Part shown: positions 27,628 to 35,791 of the stretch, in pieces
How positions within the stretch are numbered: position 1 is the stretch's first letter
Layout: each line of letters opens with the position of its first letter
IMG/VR virus record: IMGVR_UViG_3300033182_000980
Coordinates: 62,001-126,000 of that record
Strand: one strand, 5' to 3'
DNA length: 64,000 nucleotides
Position numbers and translations under genes: made by a program
Notes under the pieces: model-generated
What the model was told of the DNA's origin: nothing
Seen by the model: the letters and a program-made list of their open reading frames with translations, nothing else
Database searches by the model: none

Positions 27628-29757
27628 TTAGAGGTAAAGACTCGGAGCAACTGACCCAACTTGACCGCTGTACTTGAGGAGCTTCGTCCAAGCGAACTTG
27701 AGTAGGTCTTGCTGATTAAGGTCATGGAGTAGACCACTTGAGTTGATGTTCTTCATTACATAGCTGTCGGGCTTGTTGAACCCTCGACCGTCCATGATGG
27801 TAGCCCCATCACAGGCATTATCTAGTGCCTCACTTGCTGTGATGATTTGAGCCTGTAGGTTAGCGTCTACCGACTGGTTGCGTAAGGTTGAGGGGATTGC
27901 CCTAGTCCACATAGGAAGTTGGCTTAGAACCTCATTACGAGCTTGATTAGCGATAGCCTGTGCAACCCTCGCATCACGCTCCTCACGAGTCTCTTGCTTG
28001 ATAGCGACCCCACCCTTAGTGGTAGCAGTTGAGGTCAACGCTCCACACTCATTCTCGATTGAAGCCTCGATAAGAGCCTTCTTCTTGTCGATGAGCTTGA
28101 GGACATGGAGATCCATTGCACAGTCCGATACGAGTCGGATGTACTGCAAGTTAGAAGCAGTCTGTCCGATACGACAGATACGATCCTCTGCTTGAAGGTT
28201 GAGGGCAGGATTCCACTCAAGATCACAGAAGATCATCTTGCTTGCTTTGGTGAGGGTGATCCCGACACCACCCGCCTTGATGGTACAGGCGATACCCTTG
28301 AGCATACCAGCTTGGAAGGCTTGTACAGCGTCCTCACGATCAGACTGATTGGTATCACCCATGATGACAGCCCAACCATCACGCTTTGCCATAGCCTCGA
28401 TAGGTGCTCGGTGAGCAGAGAACACGACCACAGGCTCGTTAGCCTCCTCAAAGCTCTCAACCATCTCCTCAAGGGCAGAGATACGAGACTCGGCAAGCTC
28501 GGCTCGGATGCGGCTAAACTCGCTAAAGTCGGGGATAGCGTTTGAGCCATTCTCCTTCATAGCCTCAAGCATCTTCTCGCTCATCTTGAGGAGTCGCTTT
28601 GAACCGACCTCGACAAGTACATCTTGGTAGGTCTTAGGTGGAAGGTTGGTCAAGACCTCTGTCTTGGTACGGCGAAGCATCACACGGCGGAGCTTCTCTG
28701 GTACACATGGGTTAGGAGTACCAAACTCCCATCCACCCCAACCGTTCTGGTAAGCGTTCATGTCTCGGATGAAACCCTTGAAGCCACCGAAGATGGTGCG
28801 ACCCATTCCGAAGGTGCTGACCACACCCCACAGATCGAACCCCTTGCTCAAGAGTGGAGTCCCTGTCATCGCCCAAGACCTCTTGCAGAGGTTAGAGAGA
28901 ACCTTAGTACGCTTGCTACGGATCGCCTTGTGGCTCTTACAGAGGTGAGCCTCATCAGCGATAAGGGTAGTCTGTGCAAGCACATCACGCCACGCTTGTG
29001 GCACATTCTCGGAGTCCTCACCCCACTTATCTGTAGGGGTAAACTCGGTTGGGAGGATGTCATAGTTGATGATGACAACCTCATTAGCTTGTGGGAGCTT
29101 GAACCCCTTGCGACCCTTACAAACCACAGGGGAGAGGTCTGAACGCCACTTGCGAACCTCGTTAGCCCAGTTGAGCTTGAGGGTAGCAGGACAGATGACG
29201 ATAGCACGACCACCCATCTCGATAGCCATGAGGCTTTGTAGGGTCTTACCAAGACCCATGTCGTCAGCTAGGAGACAGTTCTCGTGGCTAGAGAGGAACT
29301 TGACTCCATCAAGCTGATAGGTGTAAGCCCCCCCGTCTTTGGCTCGGCTGATAGCGTCTAAGACGGTGCTGTCTTGCTGAACCCCATCGAACCCGACAGG
29401 GAAGCTGAGGTTGAGTCTACGGACTCCCTCCATCACACGCTCACGATCCTTCGGAGCGAGTGAGACAGTCCAGCACTTGAGGTCGGCATTCCACCTAGCA
29501 CCTGGCATACCACGCAAGATGGGGAGTGCGTCTGCCTCATAGGGCATCTTGATCTCACCTTGTGCGTTGATCTCACGCACAGAGGGGGCTGACAGGAGAG
29601 CCTTGACTTGTGCTGGACTTGCGTCAAGGCACACAGAGGAGTTGCAGATGGTGGTGTACCCACCACCCTGTGGCTGATATGTGAAGCCTTGCCCCTCGGC
29701 TACAGGGGTCTTGCAGACATTACACTTCTTGGCAAACTTGTTTTTGAAAACACGCAT
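27628..29757 (-). CDS. SNF2-family (HARP/SMARCAL1-like) helicase
   Basis: LLADDMGLGKT, DEAH, TGTP, QAEDRICRIGQ. Confidence 0.9.
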   Translation of the reverse strand: MRVFKNKFAKKCNVCKTPVAEGQGFTYQPQGGGYTTICNSSVCLDASPAQVKALLSAPSVREINAQGEIKMPYEADALPILRGMPGARWNADLKCWTVSLAPKDRERVMEGVRRLNLSFPVGFDGVQQDSTVLDAISRAKDGGAYTYQLDGVKFLSSHENCLLADDMGLGKTLQSLMAIEMGGRAIVICPATLKLNWANEVRKWRSDLSPVVCKGRKGFKLPQANEVVIINYDILPTEFTPTDKWGEDSENVPQAWRDVLAQTTLIADEAHLCKSHKAIRSKRTKVLSNLCKRSWAMTGTPLLSKGFDLWGVVSTFGMGRTIFGGFKGFIRDMNAYQNGWGGWEFGTPNPCVPEKLRRVMLRRTKTEVLTNLPPKTYQDVLVEVGSKRLLKMSEKMLEAMKENGSNAIPDFSEFSRIRAELAESRISALEEMVESFEEANEPVVVFSAHRAPIEAMAKRDGWAVIMGDTNQSDREDAVQAFQAGMLKGIACTIKAGGVGITLTKASKMIFCDLEWNPALNLQAEDRICRIGQTASNLQYIRLVSDCAMDLHVLKLIDKKKALIEASIENECGALTSTATTKGGVAIKQETREERDARVAQAIANQARNEVLSQLPMWTRAIPSTLRNQSVDANLQAQIITASEALDNACDGATIMDGRGFNKPDSYVMKNINSSGLLHDLNQQDLLKFAWTKLLKYSGQVGSVAPSLYL

Positions 29758-29821
29758 TTGGATCTCCTTTTGGAGTGAGACTTGGGGTCGGCTTACTTAC
29801 CTCTCCCACACAAGGGCATAG

Positions 29822-29834
29822 ATAAGGGGTTACA
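29822..29834 (-). promoter_or_regulatory. Motif B (TGTAACCCCTTAT)
   Basis: Upstream of the SNF2 helicase. Confidence 0.55.
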
Positions 29835-29842
29835 GACATTTG

Positions 29843-29854
29843 TAGATTGTTTAT
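29843..29854 (+). promoter_or_regulatory. Motif A variant
   Basis: TAGATTGTTTAT upstream of the 2H gene. Confidence 0.45.
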
Positions 29855-29901
29855 ATGACTACAGTTTATATGCGTTTACCAATCTCTAAAAGGAGTTTAA
29901 C

Positions 29902-30456
29902 ATGAACTACAATCGCATGATCCGAAGAGTCGCTTCTGCACACATGAGGAAGCTCGCACAAGAGAAGCCAGCAAGCGTTATGTTCGCTGAAGCTGTTATT
30001 GATACGAGAGACTTACTCAACTGGTTTCAAGATCAATCTGGTCTTGATCCCGAAGCAATGGGTTGGAAGGTTGCCGCCCACCACATGACCATAGAATTCT
30101 TTGACAAGAAAGAAAAGAAAGCTCTTAAGAGAGAGGGTCGTGCAGAGTCTAACATCCTTGAGCCTTATGCTGATCTCATTGGTAAGTCTGTTATTCTTGA
30201 TCTAGTCGGTTATGCACATGACGATAAGGGCATGGCTGTTCTTGTTGAGCCTAAAGGTCCTCTAGCTCGCCTTGTTAAGAACGCTGATCCACATATCACC
30301 ATCGCTACTAATGGTGTCGGGGCTAAATACAGCAACGAGCTTCTTGCAAAGGGAGAAATCATTCCAGCTCGTGGTTCGATTCAAGCACGAGTCGGCTGGA
30401 AAGATGCTCGTTCGGGTCAAGATATGTACGATCTTCCTTGGGACTTTGGTCAGTAA
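29902..30456 (+). CDS. 2H phosphoesterase (tRNA-ligase CPDase-like) with RVA-type leader
   Basis: Two HxT motifs: AHHMTI and DPHITIA; N-terminal MIRRVASAHMRKLA. Confidence 0.75.
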   Translation: MNYNRMIRRVASAHMRKLAQEKPASVMFAEAVIDTRDLLNWFQDQSGLDPEAMGWKVAAHHMTIEFFDKKEKKALKREGRAESNILEPYADLIGKSVILDLVGYAHDDKGMAVLVEPKGPLARLVKNADPHITIATNGVGAKYSNELLAKGEIIPARGSIQARVGWKDARSGQDMYDLPWDFGQ

Positions 30457-30534
30457 AAAACTTTTTTCAAAGTTTGAAAAGAAAAATTGTCCGATCTGTG
30501 TTCTAGGGAGCGTTAGTAGTTTAGAGGTTGCTGA

Positions 30535-30547
30535 TGTAACCCCTTAT
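30535..30547 (+). promoter_or_regulatory. Motif B (TGTAACCCCTTAT)
   Basis: Upstream of 30576. Confidence 0.55.
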
Positions 30548-30575
30548 CTATCACCCCTTAGAACAGGAGGACAAT

Positions 30576-31166
30576 ATGCAAGATTATCAAGATGACGAGA
30601 AGTTCATCTTCGCAGACTTTCTTGAAGCTGATACAGCACTCAAAGGTGTCAGCGATACCTTTCGCACATACGGACTTATGTTTGAGTGTGCCATCGAGGA
30701 AAACGCTAGACAGAACCTCATCGAGCAACCAATGACCGAGAAGCGTAATGGTGTCCGAGGGATCTCCGATGAGATCCTTGAAAACCAAAACACCTTCTAT
30801 GCTGTCGGAGCGTTCCTCAAGGTCTTGCATGAGCTTGGCTTTAGGGTCGAGGAAACTGTCGAAGAAGAGTGCGACTTTTGTGGTGTGATGCTCTGTGATG
30901 AAGATCGTTTACAGATCGACATCGAGTTTAACTATGGTGAGGATATGATCGAGTATTCGATCAACTTTAATGATGAGCGAGAGCATACAGGACACACATC
31001 TGCCGAGGAGTTTTTAGAGGGCATCTTTAACGGTGGTTGGAACTTGCCTAAGCTCACAGGTGTACTCAACCCCTCTAGCCTCTACGATGACCTTGAGGGC
31101 TTTATGCGAACCTTTAGGAGATCATGGTCGGAGTATAAGAAGGTTCTCAAAGAGAAGGTGGGCTGA
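30576..31166 (+). CDS. Acidic hypothetical protein
   Basis: AGGAGG RBS; preceded by TGTAACCCCTTAT. Confidence 0.75.
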   Translation: MQDYQDDEKFIFADFLEADTALKGVSDTFRTYGLMFECAIEENARQNLIEQPMTEKRNGVRGISDEILENQNTFYAVGAFLKVLHELGFRVEETVEEECDFCGVMLCDEDRLQIDIEFNYGEDMIEYSINFNDEREHTGHTSAEEFLEGIFNGGWNLPKLTGVLNPSSLYDDLEGFMRTFRRSWSEYKKVLKEKVG

Positions 31167-31239
31167 TTTGTAGTTTTTATATTCTCTCATTGTAGGGTGG
31201 TATCAATAACATTCAACCCTATAACGAGAGGTTAAGAAC

Positions 31240-32214
31240 ATGGCAGGACTACTTGAGTTCAGTACAACTTATAAGCCATTTCAGTATCCTTGGGCGATGA
31301 ACATCGCTGAGGAACACGAGAAAATTCATTGGGGGACTTGGGAGGCGAAGCTACAGGAAGATGTGAATCAATGGAAGGGTGGTCAGATTTCTGACGCAGA
31401 GAAACAACACATCACTCAAATCCTACGCATCTTTACTCAATCCGATGTCGCTGTCGGTGGGAACTACTGCGACATCTTTATCAAAGAGTTCAAGAACAAC
31501 GAAATCAGAAATATGCTCTTGAGCTTCGCCAATCGAGAGGGGACACATCAGAGGTCATACGCTCTCCTTAATGACACTCTAGGACTCGATGTTAAGGAAT
31601 ACTCAGCGTTCCTTGAGTTTGATGAGATGCGTGAGAAGATCGAGTTTATGACCCAAGCTCCAGAGGGTCTAGGTCGTATCACCAACCTTGCCTTTGAGCT
31701 TGCTCGCTCTGTCTGTAATGAGGGCATGAGCCTCTTCTCTGCTTTCGTCATGCTCCTCAACTTCCAACGCTTCGGCAAGATGCGTGGTATGTGCGAAATC
31801 GTTGAATGGTCCATTAGAGATGAGACTACCCATGTAAATGGTATGACCCAGCTCTTTCACGCTTACTGTAAAGAACACCCTCGTGTTGTGACTGATAAAC
31901 TCAAGAGCTACATCTACACCAACTATGAGAAGGCTGTTGAGCTAGAGGACGCTCTCGTTGATCTCGTCTTTGATCAAGTTGAGCTTGAGGGTCTGACCTC
32001 TCAAGAGGTTAAGACCTATGTCCGATACCTCGCTGATCGTAGACTTCTACAACTCGGACTTAAACCCATCTTCGGTCAAAAGAAGAACCCTCTACTATGG
32101 CTCGATTGGGTCATTAGTGGAGACTCTTTCAAAAACTTCTTCGAGGGTGTCGTGTCCGACTACAGTAGTAATGGGCTTTCGGGCGATTGGGATTGGGATA
32201 AAATCACAGCATAA
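31240..32214 (+). CDS. nrdB: Ribonucleotide reductase beta subunit
   Basis: YKPFQYPWA, HW, FTQSD, REGTHQRSY, EGMSLFSAF, WSIRDETTH di-iron and tyrosyl radical motifs. Confidence 0.95.
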   Translation: MAGLLEFSTTYKPFQYPWAMNIAEEHEKIHWGTWEAKLQEDVNQWKGGQISDAEKQHITQILRIFTQSDVAVGGNYCDIFIKEFKNNEIRNMLLSFANREGTHQRSYALLNDTLGLDVKEYSAFLEFDEMREKIEFMTQAPEGLGRITNLAFELARSVCNEGMSLFSAFVMLLNFQRFGKMRGMCEIVEWSIRDETTHVNGMTQLFHAYCKEHPRVVTDKLKSYIYTNYEKAVELEDALVDLVFDQVELEGLTSQEVKTYVRYLADRRLLQLGLKPIFGQKKNPLLWLDWVISGDSFKNFFEGVVSDYSSNGLSGDWDWDKITA

Positions 32215-32286
32215 CAAGCATTTAGGCTTGTTTAAATCTTAGTCCTCAAGTACGCTTTTCAATAAATACTTTGAAAGGACACTTGA

Positions 32287-33375
32287 ATGGCTAAAGGCTA
32301 TTATGTTTATCGTCAGTTCAACAAGAGGACAGGCGAGTATTACATCGGCAAGGGTACTTACTCTGATCGAGATCCCGATGGGAGTAAGTACAAAGGCTCT
32401 GGTATCTTGCTCTTGCGTAAAATGAACGCTCACCCAAATGACTTTGAGAAAGAAATCTTAAAGGATTTCGAGAGCGAAGAGGACGCTTACGCTTATGAGG
32501 CAGAGCTTGTGGGTGAGAGGTATATCGGTGGTGCAGACCATGACCCACTTTGTTTGAACATGAACAGTGGAGGCATGGGTTCGTCCTCTAATGCTTTGAA
32601 GCATTATTACTCTAACCCTATCGTGAAGATGGAGATGAGTGAGAGGATGAAAACCTTATGGGAAGATGAGGATTATCGGGAGAAAGTTCTAGCTTCAAGG
32701 GAGGGTGAAGCTAGAGAGAGGTGGCACGAGTCTCATCAAAAGGCTCTTAAAGACCCAGAGGTGAGAGCGAGAATAAAGGAGGGGGCAAACAATCCTCACA
32801 AAAAGAAATCAGTGCGAGAGGCACAGATTAAAATGAAACCGATCAATGTCGAGAAAGACGGAGTGGAGATTGAGATCCCTAGAGGAGAGTTAGCCGATTA
32901 CTTTAGGTTGGGTTGGTCGCTTTGCTCTAAGGGTGTTGTGAACATTCACCATATGGACATTGGGATATATAGCTGTGGTCAGCATGATGTGGTGAAGCAT
33001 CTTGTGTTGGAGCATGGATTCAAGTTTGGAACTCACTATGACTTAGAGCGGGTTAACTATGATGTGATCTCTAAGTTAGCGGGTGTTCGGGAGGCCAAGT
33101 CTAAGGGTCAGATGGGGAATTGGTCTTTGAAGCCTGTGAAGCTGATTAACTTAGAGGGTGAGGTAGAGCTTGTGCCCCGTGATGTTTACTTGGACAAGTT
33201 AGAGGAGGGCTATACCTTTAAGAGTGCGAATGTGATAATAAGAAACCACACGCTCAAGCAGACTTGCGTCTTAGGCAAGGGTAGAGCGAGGAGGGTCTTG
33301 CTAGAAAGGGGAGGTTGGGAGCTTGGTAGCAAGCGAGGTTATGAGGCAGTGAGTACCAAGTCTCTTGATTTGTAG
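32287..33375 (+). CDS. Free-standing GIY-YIG (Seg-like) homing endonuclease
   Basis: YYVY...TGEYYIGKG, YKGSG, AYAYEAEL, CLN; located downstream of nrdB. Confidence 0.8.
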   Translation: MAKGYYVYRQFNKRTGEYYIGKGTYSDRDPDGSKYKGSGILLLRKMNAHPNDFEKEILKDFESEEDAYAYEAELVGERYIGGADHDPLCLNMNSGGMGSSSNALKHYYSNPIVKMEMSERMKTLWEDEDYREKVLASREGEARERWHESHQKALKDPEVRARIKEGANNPHKKKSVREAQIKMKPINVEKDGVEIEIPRGELADYFRLGWSLCSKGVVNIHHMDIGIYSCGQHDVVKHLVLEHGFKFGTHYDLERVNYDVISKLAGVREAKSKGQMGNWSLKPVKLINLEGEVELVPRDVYLDKLEEGYTFKSANVIIRNHTLKQTCVLGKGRARRVLLERGGWELGSKRGYEAVSTKSLDL

Positions 33376-33384
33376 TTTATTTAT
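33373..33384 (+). promoter_or_regulatory. Motif A
   Basis: TAGTTTATTTAT upstream of leader protein 2; TAG is the GIY-YIG stop. Confidence 0.65.
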
Positions 33385-33434
33385 TGACTCTCCATTGGTG
33401 ATCTTTAACCCTTAACCGACAATGGAGAACTATT

Positions 33435-33779
33435 ATGAGAAGATCAGCAAGCGAAGTCTTAAGAAACTTAGAAATGCGTATCGCAAGACTTGAGAAGCAA
33501 GCAGGATTCACTGTAGGGCAAGAAGTACCTTATACACTAAGAACCCTTAAAAAAGTGATGTCAGAGGGTTATGGATTCAAAGTGATAAGTGTAGGGGGGG
33601 GTTTGAGTGATACTCTTGAATACAGTTTAACCTCCGAGCAAGTGGCTAAGATCAGTTCTAGGGGGAAGGTTGATGTTATGCTAAAAAACATTCAACAAGA
33701 GCTAAAGTTCTCGATAGAGCCTAACCTAAAGAGGAAGGGTCGTAAAAACTTCATTGTCCTCACAGAAAACCCTGCTTAA
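33435..33779 (+). CDS. MRRSASE-leader protein 2
   Basis: MRRSASEVLRNLEMRIARLEKQA. Confidence 0.85.
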   Translation: MRRSASEVLRNLEMRIARLEKQAGFTVGQEVPYTLRTLKKVMSEGYGFKVISVGGGLSDTLEYSLTSEQVAKISSRGKVDVMLKNIQQELKFSIEPNLKRKGRKNFIVLTENPA

Positions 33780-33860
33780 TGGCGAATGGGCAGAGGCTGT
33801 GAGTACCAAGTCTCTCAAGTAAGGGCGAATGGGATTGGTCAAATATCTCGGCATGATTTG

Positions 33861-33872
33861 TAGTTTATTTAT
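33861..33872 (+). promoter_or_regulatory. Motif A
   Basis: TAGTTTATTTAT upstream of leader protein 3. Confidence 0.65.
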
Positions 33873-33922
33873 AGGTTCTCCATTGGTGATCTTTTAACCC
33901 TTTAACCTCATGGAGAAATAAA

Positions 33923-34249
33923 ATGAGAAGATCAGCATCAGAAATTATCAGAAATCTTGAGCAAAGAATTGCTCGTCTTGAAAGTGAAAATGCGAAGACC
34001 GCAGGTCTTATGACAGTCCACACCTTAGATACAAGTAGTCGTGAAATACCTTACGGCACAACTGAATCAGAAGTTATGAACACTCAAGACCTTCCAAGTT
34101 TGCTTTTAAAGTCTGAAGTGACCATTACAAGAGACGGACTACAAGCAATAGATAGAGACGGTCGAGTCCACACGATTGAAATCTCAAAAGACGAGCTTAT
34201 TAAAGCTCTACTACCTCTAGCTAGACCTACATCTGTTAAGATGAAATAA
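33923..34249 (+). CDS. MRRSASE-leader protein 3
   Basis: MRRSASEIIRNLEQRIARLESENAKTA. Confidence 0.85.
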   Translation: MRRSASEIIRNLEQRIARLESENAKTAGLMTVHTLDTSSREIPYGTTESEVMNTQDLPSLLLKSEVTITRDGLQAIDRDGRVHTIEISKDELIKALLPLARPTSVKMK

Positions 34250-34253
34250 GAAA

Positions 34254-35132
34254 TTAATTAAGTCTTTTTGTCAGTTCGAGATCAAACTTTTCGATTGCTT
34301 CTCTAAACTGATCTTCGGACATGATTTGACCTCTCGCTGAACCAGCGATTTGATCGTGACCCCCAGCCCTATCTCCCCACCACTCTTGAACAAGTCGTCT
34401 ACAAGATAGGTTAGGGATTGGGTCGGCAGTAGAAATCCTAATCTTCTTATATTTTTCATCGTAAGTGATGATCGCATTTTCTCCACGATAGAGGTGGTTG
34501 ACCTTTTCACCTCTTGTTCGTCTAACGATCAATCCACAGGGTCGCATCTCTACAAAAGATGACTCATCTAGCTTTTCTTGGAGGTAGATGTGAGCATTAC
34601 CCATCCGAGTAGCTAGATGACCGTCATTGAGCATTTCCTTTATGAAGTCGAACGCTTGGTAGCAGAAATCGGTCACATCGTTGTTTCGTTTGGGGTCTAT
34701 CTCTGGATGGTTTTCATTGATCCATGCGTTTAGTCCATTATAAAGAACCCAACAGGGGTGGTCTTGTCTTGCCTTGTGGATGCCATTGGTGTCGATATGT
34801 TCAGCATAGAACCAGAATACAGGATTATCCTCGAACTGATCTGTAGCTCTCATAAGCCCACCGAGAGTGTCGATGTCGATATGTGAGATGAGGGCTACTT
34901 CATCATCATTGAGCTTTGGTATGTTCGAGTCATTACAAGGGGCTGGTCTACCAAAGGGGGTAACATGGCGACCGACATAAGGAGAACCGAGAGGTTGGTG
35001 GTGAGCGGCGGTGTACTTTGTACCTTCAAGGACGAACCCCCCATATTCTGCTTCCACCGTGAGTGCAGGAGGATTTGATAATCTAAGAGTGTCGGAGGCT
35101 AACTGTGAGGTCGGGGAAAGTATAACTAACAT
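34254..35132 (-). CDS. DHH-like phosphoesterase-related protein
   Basis: AAHH, SHIDIDTLGG and C-terminal AGGHDQIAGS resemble DHH/DHHA1 motifs. Confidence 0.45.
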   Translation of the reverse strand: MLVILSPTSQLASDTLRLSNPPALTVEAEYGGFVLEGTKYTAAHHQPLGSPYVGRHVTPFGRPAPCNDSNIPKLNDDEVALISHIDIDTLGGLMRATDQFEDNPVFWFYAEHIDTNGIHKARQDHPCWVLYNGLNAWINENHPEIDPKRNNDVTDFCYQAFDFIKEMLNDGHLATRMGNAHIYLQEKLDESSFVEMRPCGLIVRRTRGEKVNHLYRGENAIITYDEKYKKIRISTADPIPNLSCRRLVQEWWGDRAGGHDQIAGSARGQIMSEDQFREAIEKFDLELTKRLN

Positions 35133-35136
35133 TTTG

Positions 35137-35148
35137 TAGATCCTTTAT
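35137..35148 (+). promoter_or_regulatory. Motif A variant
   Basis: TAGATCCTTTAT upstream of the HAD gene. Confidence 0.4.
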
Positions 35149-35190
35149 AATGAGCGATTACTAAACATATTACCTTTGAGGAGAATAGAC

Positions 35191-35784
35191 ATGAGAAATC
35201 TTGTTGCGAGAGTGGCGACAAAGTATATGAAAACAAGCTCGGAGAATCTTGAGCTTCATATCTTTGACTTTGATAACACATTGTTCCGTAGCCCCGAACC
35301 ACCAGAGTGGTGGTCGAATAAGAAAATGGGCTATTGGTTCAATGAGGCTATTAGTTTGAGTGAGCCTTTTATCCCTCAAAAGCCAAGTGGGGATTATTGG
35401 TATGGGAGCGTTGTCGGTGAGGCTAAACGCTCTATCTCTAACATGGACACTCTTGCGATCATGTGTACAGGTCGCCTTAATGATAACGGTGCGATGCGTT
35501 ATCGTGTTGCCGAGTTATTAAAGGGTAAAGGGTTGGACTTTGATGAGGTTCACCTAAAGCCAGGTACAGGATCGACATCTCGCTACAAGGCTAAACTGAC
35601 CTTTGATCTCCTCAAGAAGTACCCAAACATTCAGAGCGTGTCTGTTTGGGAAGATACTCAGAAGAACCTCGATGCCATTGAGACAGTGTGTGATCACTTT
35701 GGCGTTGAGTTCAACGCTCACCTCATTAAACCTAACCCATACCCTGTCTCTATCACCAAAGAGCAGTATGACCTGCTAAAGTAA
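35191..35784 (+). CDS. HAD-superfamily phosphatase (Swiss-army-knife RNA-repair-like HAD) with RVA-type leader
   Basis: HIFDFDNTLFRSP (DxD), CTGR, LKP, VWED; N-terminal LVARVATKYMKTS. Confidence 0.75.
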   Translation: MRNLVARVATKYMKTSSENLELHIFDFDNTLFRSPEPPEWWSNKKMGYWFNEAISLSEPFIPQKPSGDYWYGSVVGEAKRSISNMDTLAIMCTGRLNDNGAMRYRVAELLKGKGLDFDEVHLKPGTGSTSRYKAKLTFDLLKKYPNIQSVSVWEDTQKNLDAIETVCDHFGVEFNAHLIKPNPYPVSITKEQYDLLK

Positions 35785-35791
35785 GGAGTCC

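Larger units (their letters stand above)
33343..33815 (+). repeat. 23-bp direct repeat (33343-33365 and 33793-33815) flanking a leader cassette gene
   Basis: GAGGC(A/T)GTGAGTACCAAGTCTCT with one mismatch; an additional GGCGAATGGG direct repeat at 33781-33790 and 33824-33833. Confidence 0.85.
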
